From the human T2T-CHM13v2.0 reference genome, Homo sapiens: a DNA stretch of 64,000 bases. The stretch lies in assembly GCF_009914755.1 (NCBI RefSeq), contig NC_060932.1; one strand, written 5' to 3'. The notes beneath the pieces are model-generated. The model was given only the letters and a program-made list of their open reading frames with translations, ran no database searches and was not told the origin of the DNA. This document shows, piece after piece, positions 47,461 to 61,389 of the stretch; positions within the stretch are counted from its first letter, which is position 1; each line of letters starts with the position of its first letter. The position numbers and the translations under genes were made by a program.

Positions 47461-48569
47461 TCATTTTCTTCAAACATGTAAAATGATTTAGGATAGGAAA
47501 CAAGCATAGAACACATGAAATTTATATATTTATCTATATATATATATGTCTGTGTCTATGCATATATATGCATACATATGTCTATATAGTGCATCTATGT
47601 GTATATTATACATGTTTATATACATTTATATGAGTTTTATGTTATCTACGTATTACATACTATATGTATATAATATATACTTTTCTAATTGCAGCAAACA
47701 TTGTTCAGGTAAAAGGCTCTCCAAACATTCTATAAATAGAGTGGTAGTGGTTCCTTCCACCTTCATTGCCTTTATAGCAACACACAGGTCATTGAAGCAT
47801 AATATGATAATGATGAGTTCTGACCACATTAATGGACTAATTCTTAAGCAGAAGGAATAGCCTACTGCAATGAATATTTTATTCACACTCTTGGTGTTAA
47901 AGAACAATTGCTTAAAGTCAATGAAATCTCAAAATAACTATATATCAAGTAAATTATGATGTAAAACTAGTGTATGAGAAAAATGTGTCTTATCTTTAGT
48001 AATCATTCCAAGTCTAAATGTGTGGAGAACAAAGGCTTTCCAGTATTTGACCCTGAACGTTGTGTTCTGCTGTACTATTTAGAGGCAAGGGACTGGAAAC
48101 AATGCTAAAGAGAAAGCAAGGTGGAAATACATGTATATGTACACATATATGTGTACATACATAAGTGTATATATGTGTATATATATATGTGTTCTAATTA
48201 TTTTTTTCCTATTTCTATTGTGAAGTCTTTTAAGTATAAAAATTCAGAGAGAATAACATGATAGCCTCTACTGAGCTTTCATGGTATACTGCAAAATCTT
48301 AATTAAACTATTGTATTATTATATTAACTTCAAATATTTTTAATAAAATGAAGCATAAAATAGACATGAAATTCATATTTTGCACCTCATAAAAGCTTAT
48401 TTTTCTTCTATATCTGAGAGACAATCACTATATTGAAATTCATTTGTATTATTCAGTTTGATATTAATATAAATAATCAGAGTGAATATAAAATAAGACC
48501 AAGAGTTTCTCTTTCACCTACAGATTATAAATAAAAGAGTTATCACTAAGTGATACATATATATGCATA

Positions 48570-49395
48570 TTTATTTTTATGAATACATAATAGTTGTATA
48601 TATTTATGGGATACATTTGCATTTTAATATAAGCATATAATGTTTAATGATTAAATTAGGGTAAGTGGAATGTCTACCACCTTAAACATTTATGATTTCT
48701 TTGTGTCAGAAACATTTCAGTTTCACTCTTCTATTTATGTTGAAGCATGCAATAAATTATTGTCAACCATAGTCGCCCTATAGTGCTACTTAATACTAGA
48801 TCTTATTCCTTGTAACTGTACTTTTGTACCATTAACCCCCACCAACACCACTTTATCCCATCTCCCCACTACATTTCCCAGCCTCTAGTGGCCATCATTC
48901 TACTCTCTATCTCCATGAGGTCAACTTTTTTAGCTCCCACATATGAGTGAGAACACACAGTATTTGTCTTTCTGTGCTTGGCTTATTTCACTTAACATAA
49001 TGCTGTCCAATTCCATCCATGGTGTTGCAAATGACAGAATTTCATTTTTCATGGCTGAATAATATTCCATTGTGTATATAGACCACCTTTACTCATTCCT
49101 CTGTTGATAGACACTTAATTCCCTACTTTGTCTACTGTGTAGAATGTTGCAATAAACATGGGAATGCAGCTATCTCTTTGATATATTTATTTTCTTTCTT
49201 TGGATATATACCAAGGAGTGAAATTGCTGGATCATATGGTTGTTATAATCCTAGTTTTTTGAGGAACCGTTTTCCTTATGACTATACTAATTTACATTCC
49301 CACCAACAGTGTACAAGTGATTCCCTTTCTCTGCATCCTCGGTAGCATCTGTTATTTTTTGTCTTTTTCATAAAACGATTTTAAATGGGGTGGAA
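48570..49395 (-). mobile_element. L1MA-type 3' end
   Basis: gctcccacatatgagtgagaaca...ggcttatttcacttaacataatg. Confidence 0.88.
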
Positions 49396-49848
49396 TCTAC
49401 AAAAAATAATCAGAAGCAAGAAGAATGAGAATAAAAATAATGAGAAGCAAGGGGCACACAAATTGATAACAATGTGAAGGCAAATTTAATGAACATTTTT
49501 TAAAAATCACTATTACTAACACCTACTTCTGTATTAAATGAAAAGTGAACTTAATTTTGGACAACGATATCAAGGGAAATAGAGAAGGAGTGTTTTCTGA
49601 GTAGTTACTGAAAGCATGAACAACTCACAGAACACCCCATGTACTAATTAAAAAGAAGATTGAAATATACAAAAGATTTAGACTTTATTAGAATAATGTG
49701 TGGTTATGAAATTACTTAAAGATGGAAAGGCGATTACTAAAAAAGTAGATATGTTACAATACCTTAAACTCAGCAAAAATATATAGAAATATAAAAATTT
49801 GCTTTTTTTTCACTTATTAAAGTAAAATATTATTAGGTAAAATTTTGT

Positions 49849-50142
49849 GGCCAGGCTCACGCCTGTAATCCCAGCACTTTGGGAGACCAAGGTGGGCAAA
49901 TCATGAGGTCAGGAGATCGAGACCATCCTGGCTAACACTGTGAAACCCTGTCTCTACTAAAGACACAAAAAATTTAGCCAGGCGTGGTGGCACGCGCCTG
50001 TAGTCCCAGCTACTCGGGAGGCTGAGGCAGGAGAATCACTTGAACCTGGGAGGGAGGCAGAGGTTGCAGTGAGCAGAGATTGTGCCACTGCATTCCAGCC
50101 TGGGCAAAAGAGTGAGACTCTGTCTCAAAAAAAAAAAAAAAA
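49849..50142 (+). mobile_element. AluS(c)-type element
   Basis: Alu dimer. Confidence 0.93.
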
Positions 50143-50172
50143 TCATACGCGTGTGTGTGTGTATATGTGTAA

Positions 50173-50219
<47 letters not shown>

Positions 50220-50229
50220 GATAGGATTT

Positions 50230-52560
50230 TAAAATTTCAGTTACATGACAGACAAATTATTTAAAAGTTACACAGGAAGATTAAAAATAAAAGAGTAGAA
50301 AAATGTCATATACTTTATGTAAGTCATTTAACAAAAGCTGTTTATATATATTTCAAAAAACAACATTTTAGATGGAAAATGCTATTATGATAGAGGCACA
50401 GTATTGGTTGACCAGGAAAATATAGCAATTATGTGTTTCCCCTGGCCACAAACTCAACCAATAAAAATAAATTTAAAATTCACAATTTTGAGAAATTATT
50501 AATAACTATGTATCAGAAATTGGGAGTATAAATACAGAATAGATTAATAAATGTATAAACAACTTGAAAAGTGACACAATTAGCAAACTTGAATGAACAT
50601 ACAAACCTGCAACAATATGATGTTTTGCATAAGGTAAGTTAATTCAGATATAAACAATAAAAAGATGGTTAATAAAGCAAATATTTACAATCTGCCAAAT
50701 ACTGTCTGTCACCTGATGAAAAGAGGAAAAACTAGTATCTAGTATAAATATTATTCAACAAATAGCAAAGAAAGTATTAAGGTAAAAAACTTATGAGCTT
50801 CACGAATCATGAAGGCAAATTCTGATTAATTGAACTTTATCAAAATTAAAATGTGTTGTTCATCAAAAGACACCATTGAGATGTTAAATATTCAATCCAC
50901 AGTCTGCGAGGAAATATTTTCAATAAGCTTATCCGGCAAAAGACATTTAAAAAGAACGTATAAAGAGCACATACAAGTAAATACCAAGAGAAAAACAAAT
51001 CAAATAATATAAGTAAATTTATAATAATGAAAATACCTGAACAAACACTTCACCAAAGAAGACATATAAATAGTCAATAATCTCAGGAAAAGAATGCTCA
51101 ACATCTTTACTCAACAGGATTATAAAAATGAAAGCCACAGTAAGATTCTATTTGAATACTGTTTAGAGGAGCTTTAGAAGTTTAGACAGTTTCACCGTAC
51201 CAACTACTAAAGAAGATGTGTAAAAAATGAAAATACTATTCATTGCTGCTGGGAAATTGAATGGAAAAAGTACTTTGGAAAACTGCTTGGCAATATCTTA
51301 TAAAATTTAATATAAATCTATCTTATGACCCAACACTTTCACTCTTAGGTATTTCACAAGAGAAATGAAAGCATGTACAATAATGCTTTTTTTTTTTTTT
51401 GAGGTGGAGTCTCACTCTGTTGCCCAGGCTAGAGTGCAGTGGCCAGATCTGAGCTCACCACAAGCTCCGCCTCCCGGATTCACGCCATTCTCCTGCCTGA
51501 GCCTCCCGAGTAGCTGGGACTACAGGCGCCCTCCACCACGCCCGGCTAATGTTTGTTGTATTTTTAGTGGAGACGGGGTTGCACCGTGTCAGCCAGGATG
51601 GTCTCGATCTCCTGACCTCGTGATCCACCCGCCTCGGCCTCCCAAAGTGCTGGGCGTGAGCCACCGCGCCCAGCCAATAATGTTCTTTTTAGCTTCATAA
51701 TCGTCAAAAACTGAAAGAAATTCATATGTCCATCAACAGAGGAATAAGTTATTTGTGTTATACACATAATGAAATATTACTAAGCAATTAAAATGAGTAA
51801 ACTATAGACACATGCAGCAGCATAAGTGCACAGTAAAAAATACTCTGAAACAAAAGAAGCTAGACACAAAAGATTACCTACTTGATGCGTCCATTTATAT
51901 GAATTCGAAGACTAGGCAAAATTTATCTACGGTGATAAAAATCAGAAAGTTGTTACTTCTGATTGGTGTCCAGAAAGAAGCAAGATGGAACTTTCTGGGG
52001 TGATAAATATGTTCGAAACTTTGTATGTGTAGGTATGTGCAATGTCAAAATGCATCGAAGCAAACACTTGAAGTCTGTGTTTTTTAATTTGTGATAATTT
52101 TCTCTAAAAATAAATTAACAGGACTTAATTGTTGAAAAAGCAGAAAATGTATAACCTTAATACATTTATTTAAAGGAAGAAAGAAAACTAAAGCTTTAAG
52201 CATTCATCTCAAAATAGAAAAAAAAAAAAGTAGAACCAAAAGAGTGGAAAGAAAAAAAAAACATAATAAAGACAAAAGCCAAAATTAATGCAGTAAAAAG
52301 CAAACAAAAATATCTTTGACAATGATCGTCAAATAAACAAATAATTTGAAAAGACTTATTAACCATGGAAAAAGACACGAAAATGAATTATGAACAGTAA
52401 AATAATGGAGATTTTAGTAAACATTTGATATATGAGAAAAATAAATGATTTTTACCCCATAAACATTAAAATTCTGATAAGGAGAAATTTCTAGAAAAAT
52501 GTGTGATGAAAATTGAGACAAAAAATAGAAAAATCATTTATTTATGTCTCAATCAGTATA
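50230..52560 (+). mobile_element. Old L1 (L1ME-like) fragments, interrupted by an AluY
   Basis: Degenerate ORF2/3'UTR motifs. Confidence 0.7.
51387..51674 (-). mobile_element. AluY-like
   Basis: Poly-T and Alu dimer; TSD ~caataatg. Confidence 0.93.
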
Positions 52561-52884
52561 GAAAATCATTAGATCAAATTTAGCAATATGATATTCCATG
52601 CCTTATCTGAAAGAGCTTCTCAAAAGTGACAACAGGCTCTAAGAAATTAAATGGTCACTAGGGGACACAATGAAACAAAGTTGAATGCCTGTGGTGAGTA
52701 GCAAATACATCCCAAGTTCTAAAGCAACAGAGCATGCTTCAACTTGAGTGATGATCAGTTTTAGAAGTAATTTTATAGGAAGCATTTGAATGTTAAACAT
52801 TATCATGTAAATCTGCCTATGTTCCTTTCATGCGAAGTCAATGCCCCTGAGTAACCTTGTTTAGTGACCTAGTTTTAAAATTAC

Positions 52885-53157
52885 TCTTTGTAATGTGGTC
52901 ACTAGGAATTAAGCCTTCAAGGAAGGAATCCAGTATTTAAAATTCATATTACCATCTGACAAATTGATCTCCCTTAAGAAACCCATTCTATCAAAATGTA
53001 AACTAATATGTCGAGCTGCTTGAATACCCACACCACTAAAGTCACACCTTTCTTCCAAGGTGTTATTTCTAATTTGATTTCCCCAATGCATGAAGTAACC
53101 ATGCCCAGTCACGACAACGCTTAATGACTGCCCACCAAAGCCTTGGCTGATCCACAC
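52885..53157 (-). pseudogene. Fossil exon, at least 273 nt, phase 0 start: VWISQGFGGQSLSVVVTGHGYFMHWGNQIRNNTLEERCDFSGVGIQAARHISLHFDRMGFLREINLSDGNMNFKYWIPSLKA*
   Basis: Acceptor tggtccatag coincides with the start of ORF 52909-53157. Donor uncertain (GTAATT). Confidence 0.55.
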
Positions 53158-53209
53158 CTATGGACCACATGAATGAACCTTTCAGTGTTTATTCTTCAAA
53201 CTTGTATCA

Positions 53210-53602
53210 TGCTATTGCGGACTGAAGTGTGTACCCCCAAAATTCATACATTGAAACCCTAAACTTCAATAAGATTGTTTTTGAAGACAGGACCTTTTAA
53301 AGAGGTAATTAAGGTTAAATTAATTTGTAAAGGTGAGGACTTATTTCAACACGACTGGTGTCTTTAAATAAAGAGGAAGAGACATCAGGGATGAATGTGC
53401 AGAGAATAGGCCATGTGAGGACACAGTGAGAATACAGCCACCTACTAGTCAGTAGAGATGTCTCACCAACCTTGCTGGCACCTTGATCTTGCACTTACAG
53501 CATCCAGAGCGTTAAAAATCAATCAATCAATCAATCAATCAATCTGTTGTTTAAGTAACCTAGTCTCTAGAAATTTATTATGGCAGCACTTGAAAACTGA
53601 TA
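53210..53602 (+). mobile_element. MLT1A-like MaLR LTR
   Basis: ggactgaagtgtgtacccccaaaattcat...tggcaccttgatctt...ttatggcagc. Confidence 0.85.
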
Positions 53603-53667
53603 CATATTTATCTGCAAAACAGTGCTACAAAACCTACCATTCTGGTTAAAATATAGTGCCTTTTAAG

Positions 53668-53970
53668 GGAAGGCATGGTGGCTCACACCTGTAATCCTGG
53701 CAGTTTAGGAGGACGAGGCAGGCAGACCAATTGAGGTCAGGATTTCAGGACCAGCCTGGCCAACATGGTGAAACCCCATCTCTACTAAAAATACAGAAAT
53801 TAGCCGGGCATGGTAGCACAGTCCTCTAATCCCACCTACTGGGTAGGCTACGGCAGGAGAATTGCTTGAACCCAGTGGGGCGGAGATTGCAGTGAGCCGA
53901 GATCGTGCCAGGGCACTAGAGCCTGGGTGACAGACTGAGACAGCATCTCAAAAAACAAGCAAACAAAAAA
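53668..53970 (+). mobile_element. AluS-type element
   Basis: Alu dimer. Confidence 0.9.
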
Positions 53971-54704
53971 ACCATAGTAACTTTTCAGACAAGTTTAGAC
54001 CCTTGGCCATCATCTCATCAAGAGAATCTTGTCTGCTCTCATCAGTGGGTGAGAAGTTTTCTGGAGTGCCGCATGAAGCTTTATGGTACAACTGGCACAT
54101 TCTTTATCTGGTTAATATATTATTGCTTATTCATTTGAGAAAAAATATAGATATAGAGAAAAATAAACAGAACATTTATGGTGATATTATCACCATACAT
54201 ACATTTGTATGTATACTGGGGTGGAGTGAGGAGACGGGATATATAAGGATAAGCAAAAATCAGTAAAATCGATTAGAATACTAAAGTGCAACCTGCTCTT
54301 GTATGTTCTATTTTTTTTCTTATCCTGAAGTGTGTGCTTTGACAATACCTCAAGCCCTAGCTTGTTATATTACAATACGTGACAATGAACTCAGAAGAAG
54401 GGAATCAGAAACAACATACAACCCTAAAAGAATCCTAAGTATTTAATATTTGATCCGCTAACATCAGGTGCTGCTTGAAGTGAGAGCACATGGATGTTCG
54501 GAACTGAAAACTGTCACTATGACTCTTTTTCCAGATCTTTATTATGTCACCGGGGACTGGGGCCAACATGTTCACCAAGGCACCTCCATTCCCTAGGACT
54601 TGTGCCTATCTCAACAAATCTATGTTAAATTGGAATGAAACTGATGTTAAAAACAATTAATAATTACATTTTGCAATGAACAAAATGAGTAAGAATGCTG
54701 TAGC

Positions 54705-55418
54705 ATCTCACACCAGTTAGAATGGCGATCAATAAAAAGTCAGGAAACAAGATGCTGGACAGGATGTGGAGAAAGAGGAACAATTTTACGCTGTTGGCAG
54801 GAGTGTAAATTAGTTCAACCATTGTGGAAGACAGTGTGGCTATTCCTCAAGAATCTAGAACCAGAAATACCATTTGACCCAGCAACCCCATTACTAGGTA
54901 TATACCCAAAGGATGATAAATCATTCTACCATAAACACACATGCACAAGTATGTTTATTGTGGCACTGTTCATAATAGCAAAAACATGGAATTAACCCAA
55001 ATGCCCATCAATGACAGACTGGATAAAGAAAATGTGGCACATATACACCATGGAATATTATGCAGCCATAAAAAAGGATGAGTTCATGTCCTTTGCAGGG
55101 ACATGGATGAAGCTGGAAACCATCATTCTCAGCAAACTAACACAGGAACAGAAAACCAAACACCACATGTTCCCACTCATAAGTGGGAGTTGAACAATGA
55201 GAACATGTGGACACAGGGAGGGGAACATCACACACTGGGGTCTGTCAGGGGGTGGGGGGATAGGGGAGGGAGAGTATTAGGAGAAATACCTAATGTAGAT
55301 GATGGGTTGATAGGTGCAGCAAACCACCATGGCACGTGTATACCTAGGTAACAAACCTGCACGTACTGCACATGTATCCTACAACTTAAAGTATAATAAA
55401 AATAATTTTTAAAAAAAG
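54705..55418 (+). mobile_element. L1PA7/8-like 3' end
   Basis: ORF2 C-terminal peptide; 3'UTR gggttgataggtgcagcaaaccaccatggcac. Confidence 0.92.
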
Positions 55419-56949
55419 AATGTGTGCCTGTTTAATTCAACAATACTTGTAGATATGTAATTTCAGTAATCATGTTTTACCACATTTTCTTCTCCCTTGC
55501 TCTGTGTGTATGCCTCCTCCTACCTTTTCTTCTCCAGCATTCCATTTCATTGTACATATGACACATTTTGTAAAGATTACATATTTTAATTTTTGTTCAT
55601 TTCTGGGTCAATCTGTTATTAAATTCTACTTCCCACCAAATCTCTAAGACCATTTCTTTTTCTAAAATGGTTACTCAATCTGAGTACCACTTTTTCTACA
55701 ATTTTCCTTTCCATGGGATGGTCTCCTTAAGCTCCCCACTCAAAACACCTAGCAGATCTCTGACCTATTATCATGTTAATAACCTTACATATCTATCACA
55801 AGACTCTTCCAGTCGATACCATTAATGTGAAATATGACACTAATGGAGTATTAAAGGAAACCAGGAGTTAAAAGGAATCTCAATCCTAACCGTGATTCAA
55901 GTACAACTTGTTGAGCTTTCTCTTTAGAAATAATATTGCTTCTGAAGTTAGCCTTAATGCTGGAAAAAACACTCTATTCTTTGATTATTTAAGTGATAAC
56001 AGGATCTAGGTCCTTTTTTATTGCCTTCTCACTCTCTATAACTCTCTTCTAACAGCTTTAAAACACATTCCTTATAACTCTCTTCCACCAGCTTTAAAAC
56101 ACATCCCTGCCTGCAGCTCTTATCTTATCCTTTCAAGGAATGACAGGATACCATCCACCCTGCTAAGGAGGGGTAATATCTGGGTGTGGACTCTCTGACC
56201 CCAGAGGCCTCCTCACTTCCAACTCATTCGTTTCCACTCATTCTTCTCTCGGCACAGAAGCTAAGAAAGAAAATAAATGAATCAAAACAGATGACTGGTT
56301 CTGTATAAAAGAGAGTGGTGGGGAAAATTATTCAAAATGACCTCAAGTTCTCTAAGCCCTCTGCATGTTAGGAAGCTGGAAAGCCCAGTCCCACCTGCAG
56401 CTGTCAGGAACCTGAATGCTAAGCCCCTCACACTCCACTGCAGGTGTAATCAGCAAAGCATGGAAACATATGATGAGAATTAGAAGACTGAGCTGCTGTT
56501 TTCGTGAACTGATGCAGGGATTCTGACAAGTTACTTAACCTTTCCGAATAGGTCTTTTCCTTCCTAAAACGGGGGCAACCAATATGCACAAGACAGTGGG
56601 CAACAGGTACACAATAAGTGATAGAGAAGTATTTTATAAACTACGACCCGCTTGAAACTGCAATTATCTCTTTTGTCTTTAAAAAAAAGACATAACTATG
56701 TACCACATCGTCTTTTATACCAACAGTATAATGAATGGCCTGGTAATGATGTCTTAGACATCATGTTCTAAAACACATTTTCAAAGTATTATCTACAAAA
56801 TAAGATTCGCATTGATTATACATTAGTTTATCATTTAAAACATGTATTAACCTCGTGTTTCTGATGCGTTTTCATCTGGAACTGTGCTCTCAGGGACGCT
56901 CAGGGTTCTATCACTCCTAGAGACAGTAAACGACTCACCTGTGAGCATG

Positions 56950-57385
56950 ACACTGACAAGTAAAACAATCAATCCACAGCCCATATCTCAAACAGCCCCA
57001 GCTTTCAAAGGGCTCTGACACTTTGAGCCACTGCCCACCTTCCCTAATTGCCCCAGGGCCAGGTACCCCAGGTATCTAGGGACAATCTAGGCAGCTGCAG
57101 ATCCCACCAAAAGTATTCAGACTACCCAGTCCTAAGCAGCTTTTCCTGTTGACCTTGTCTCACCCATTCCTTTCCATGGAACAACAATTGAGGATCTATA
57201 TTTCCTTCTCATTCCCGCTGCCTCCTAACCAACCCTAGTACATCCCCATATGGCCCTGCCTGACATGCTATGCCTCTTGGTTCTAGAAATCGGTGCAGAC
57301 AAAAACTTCTTCTTTCCCGGCATTCATGTCCATATCTGTGTCTTATCATACCTGATTAAAACAAATTTCAGTTACCCTTTAAATG
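56950..57385. mobile_element. MER39-like ERV1 LTR remnant
   Basis: Terminal cctgattaaaacaaatttc...tttaaa and LTR-like body; family recalled from memory. Confidence 0.5.
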
Positions 57386-57914
57386 AAAGAAGAAAAATCC
57401 ACTACTATTAATTCTAATGAATAATTATCTTCCTTGAATCTTTTCTTGTTAAATCTGTTCTTGTTTTGTGAGATTTTATATCTTAAAATAGGCTACATGA
57501 ATCACTGCACTTGTAATTACAACTTGTTGTCAAATATATTTAAAAGCATGTACATCAATGCAGCTATGCTAACATGAGGGAAAGATGGGGAATTTAAATA
57601 ACAGTCATACATTTTAAATGGTTCCATAAGAAGCCACAGACCTCAGGGTTAATTTTAACTCAGTTGTAAAAGGTTGCTACAAAATAGAATAAATCCTAAG
57701 CAATTTTAAGGCTTTGAAACCACATTTGTTAATCGTATACCCATGAATATCTTATTTTGCTCCTCTGAGTAGATACTTGTCTGGATACTCAATCAAAGCA
57801 AAGAATAAACCCATGTTGAAAAGACGTTTTATCCTCCACTATCTTCACTCCATAAATCAGTTAATGGAGAAGCTGAACTAGTTTTCTAAACCATTGTGTT
57901 TAGCACTTATGTAC

Positions 57915-58056
57915 CTTGAAAATGTTTTGACACAATCACGGAAACAGCAATCATGGACGCTGTTAAGATCAAGAAGTCAGAGGAGGAACTGCAGGGCTCT
58001 GACATATATTTAGGAACTAGAACAGCAAATGATGAAATGCATTGTGACTCTGGCAG
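57915..58056 (-). pseudogene. Fossil exon, 142 nt, phase 0>1: LPESQCISSFAVLVPKYMSEPCSSSSDFLILTASMIAVSVIVSKHFQ
   Basis: Acceptor ttctttttcggccag, donor AAG|GTACAT. Open, and in phase with 58334-58487. Confidence 0.5.
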
Positions 58057-58333
58057 CTGGCCGAAAAAGAATACGACAAGATTATATTGCGTTATCAAGA
58101 TTAAATTCTAAGAATGTAAATTTAGCATAAGATGGTAGGAAGAGAAAATAAGATATCTACAAAATTGAAATAAAATAAGAACACATCATTGAATAATAAA
58201 TGGTAAGAAAACTACAGCAACAAGAAATCAGAATATTTGAAACTCTAAATTTAAAAGAAGTTCAAAGAAGTGCTATGATACAAATTCACGCATTTGCCCC
58301 GAAACTTTTATAACAAAGTTTGTCTTTTTATAC

Positions 58334-58487
58334 CTTCAAAGAAGCACCGTAAAGGTTTAGCAACCCAAGGAACTTAGTATTTTTGCCACATTTCATGAAT
58401 ATTTGCCCATTAGTCTTTTTAAAATGCTTCACGTATGTATAGAATATTGTAGGAATATTGAGGAAACAATAATCACTTCTCTTTATA
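58334..58487 (-). pseudogene. Fossil exon, 154 nt, phase 2>0: IKRSDYCFLNIPTIFYTYVKHFKKTNGQIFMKCGKNTKFLGLLNLYGASLK
   Basis: Acceptor catattattag, donor AAG|GTATAA; open for 51 codons. Confidence 0.55.
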
Positions 58488-58704
58488 CTAATAATATGTG
58501 AAATAAAGAGACAATTCCAATGTGCTGTGTCTATATCACCACCCTCTCCAAGCTTCCTCTACATTAAGTGCTCTTGATTGCATAGTATTAAACAAGAAAA
58601 GCTGTCTATTATTATTTTTAATGGTAATAAGTAATTCCACCCAAAAGATAGTATTTTTTCATCCTTCACTGTTACAATAAAAATTGTATGTAGTGGGTAT
58701 TTAC

Positions 58705-59016
58705 CTTAATTTAAAAAAATTAACTGCTAAACAATTATATAAAATATTGATAACGTTAGTTTTCTCTTGTTTAACATGGTATGGGAATGGGTATTCTGAT
58801 TCATCAAATGTTTGATTAATAATTGCTTGTTATCTATGTAGTGGAGTCTCAACTTCAAAGTAGTAAGACAATGATAAGTAAACAGTTTATTCAAATAAGT
58901 ATGAAGCATAGAATACACAAAGACTGAGTGCAGGAGTATCAATTTCATGAATCCCCAAAAAGACGGTAGCACATAAAATTTTGATTTTGATGCTTTCTCA
59001 GGAGGAAAATTGGTGC
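58705..59016 (-). pseudogene. Candidate fossil exon: TNFPPEKASKSKFYVLPSFWGFMKLILLHSVFVYSMLHTYLNKLFTYHCL...
   Basis: 98-codon ORF 58727-59023 in AT-rich non-repeat DNA. Donor AAG|GTAAAT; acceptor weak, with the MLT2 LTR 30 bp upstream. Confidence 0.4.
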
Positions 59017-59045
59017 CTAGCACATTACTTGACCCAAATTATTTT

Positions 59046-59614
59046 GTGATGGTCAATATTAGGTGTCAACTTGATTGGATTAAAGGATGCCTCCATAGCT
59101 GGTAAAGTATTGTTCTGGGGTGTGTCTGTAAGGGAATTGACAGAGGAGATTAATATTTGAGTCAGTGGACTAGGAGAAGAAGACCCACTCTCGATGTGGG
59201 TGGGCACCATCCAATTGGCCGCCAGCACGGCTAAAACAAAGCAGGTGGAAGAAGGTGGGATAAGCTGATTTACTGAGTTTTCTGGTTTTCATCTTTCTCC
59301 CATGCTGGATGCTTCCTGCCCTTGGGCATCAGACTTCAGGTTTCCACCCTTTGGAGTCTCAGACTTACACTAGTGGTTTGCTGGGGCCTCTCAGGCCTTT
59401 GGCCACAGACTGATGCCTGCACTATTGGCTTCCCTACTTTTGAGGATTTTGGACTCAGCCTGAGCCACTAATGACCTCCTACCTCCTCAGCTTGCAGATG
59501 GCCTATAGTGAGACTTCACCTTGTGATCCTGTGAGTCAATTCTCCTTAATAAACTCCCTTTCGTATATACATCTATCCTGTTACTTCCTCCCTCTGGAGA
59601 ATCCTGACTGATAC
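59046..59614 (+). mobile_element. MLT2A2-like (HERV-L) solo LTR
   Basis: tgtgatggtcaatattaggtgtcaacttgattggatt...aataaactccc...ctgactgataca. Confidence 0.9.
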
Positions 59615-60016
59615 ATACCTACTAGTATTAATATAAATATATTAGTATAACATGTCATGGACACACAAATAATGGAAAATTGTAGCTTGTGCTATTAGGG
59701 AGGCCTTGCTGACAATCAAATTGAGTAGGAATTTAGCAGGGTTGGAGGCACCAAGAGTGAGTAAAGCCATTCCTGACTGAGTGATCAGTATGAGCAAAGA
59801 CACCAAGATAAAAGTCTACCAAATATTAAGAAAATTTTGATAAGTGTAAATGAGTATGGAGATTGTAAGCAGGCTGAGACCTAAAGAAAATCACATCACA
59901 GGATGTGATTTCTACTCTGCATTTAAGCCCTCATCTAATGTCTACAGATTATAGACTATCATACTTGGTGCTTTTGGTAAATATTTTTCCAAATCATGCT
60001 CCCTGCTTGAACCTAC

Positions 60017-60250
60017 TTCATTCCAGAAATATGAATATATGAGCCATGTTTTGTAGAGGTTCATACAGTAAACCACCTTTTGTTCTTCTGATTTCAAAAT
60101 CTCATAAATCTCAGAGCCAACACAGCACCAGTTTGTGTAACTGGATCATCATCACAATTAAGCAACATAAATTCCCTTTAAATAGTCTGCAACATAAATT
60201 CCCTTTAAATAATCTGCAACATTTTTTTATTAGTCGTTAGTTGTTGTATT
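60017..60250 (-). pseudogene. Weak candidate fossil exon containing a 27-bp tandem duplication
   Basis: Acceptor ctttctttcatttaatgtag, donor GAA|GTAGGT; frame ambiguous. Confidence 0.25.
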
Positions 60251-60333
60251 CTACATTAAATGAAAGAAAGCATTTGTTTCCAGACATTTCAAACGCAAAC
60301 TGGCTATAAAATCAAAATAAATGGATAAATGAC

Positions 60334-61090
60334 TTTTATTTTATTTTATTTTCCCATAAGTTTTGAGGTGCAGGTGGTATTTGGTTACATGAGTAAGTTC
60401 TTCAGTGGTGATTTGTAAGATCCTGGTGCACCCATCACCTGAGCAGTACACACTACACCATATTTGTTGTTTTTTATTCCTCACCCCCCTCCCACTTTCC
60501 CGCTCAAGTCGCCAGAGTCCATTGTGTCATTCTTATGCCTTTGTGTCCTCATAGCTTAGCTCCCACATATCAGTGAGAATATACGATGTTTGGTTTTCCA
60601 TTCCTGAGTTACTTCACCTAGAATCATAGTCTCTAATCACATTCAGGTCATTGCAAATGCTATTAATTAGTTCTTTTTTTATGGCTGAGTAAAGAACTAA
60701 AAGTAGTACAATCTGATCCAGCAATCCCACTACCGGGTATCTACCCAGAAAAGAGAAGTCATTATACAAAAAAGATACTTGCACATGCATGTTTATAGCA
60801 GCACAATTCACAATTGCAAAATTGTGGAACCAAACCAAATCCACATCAATCAACAAGTGGATAAAGAAACTCTGGTATATAGATATATATATTATATACC
60901 AGACATATAGCTATATATCTATATAACAGTATATATCTGGTATATAAGATACATATCTATATACCAGATACATAAGATTTATATCTATATACTGGATATA
61001 TAAGATATATATATCTATATACTGGATATATAAGATATATATATCTATATACCAGATATATATATCATACATATATATATATGTATGATG
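60334..61090 (-). mobile_element. L1PB-like 3' end with a twin-priming inversion (minus to ~60690, plus thereafter) and a TA-rich tract
   Basis: Strand switch at ~60690; TSD ggataaatga at 60323 and 61091. Confidence 0.85.
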
Positions 61091-61389
61091 GGATAAATGA
61101 TATTTTTCTTTGATGGTAGAGGGTTTCTTAGTATCCTATATTGTTGATCAATAGGATTACAGACTAATATTAATTTTATAAAGTTATTCTTAGAAGTTTA
61201 GAAGTTCTAATGAAGCAAAAACCTCAGAATCACAGACGGTCAATTGGAAGCAAGCTACTGTGACCCATTTTTGATTGAAATCTAGTTAAGTTGTACCTTT
61301 TTTATTGTCACTGAGAATCCAAGTTTCTTAATTTCCATCAATCCTCCTTCAACAGCTAACATTCACTTCGTGCTTATGTCTCAAGCACT

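Noticed and set aside
46954-47503. GC-richer segment with several ORFs, possible promoter or exon
   Set aside because: Begins with the L1 5'UTR motif caagatggccgac, so it is an old L1 promoter remnant.
57953-58111. Plus-strand ORF MDAVKIKKSEEELQG... with a good Kozak context
   Set aside because: Short (~52 aa), no supporting exon structure, and antisense to a phase-consistent minus-strand exon.
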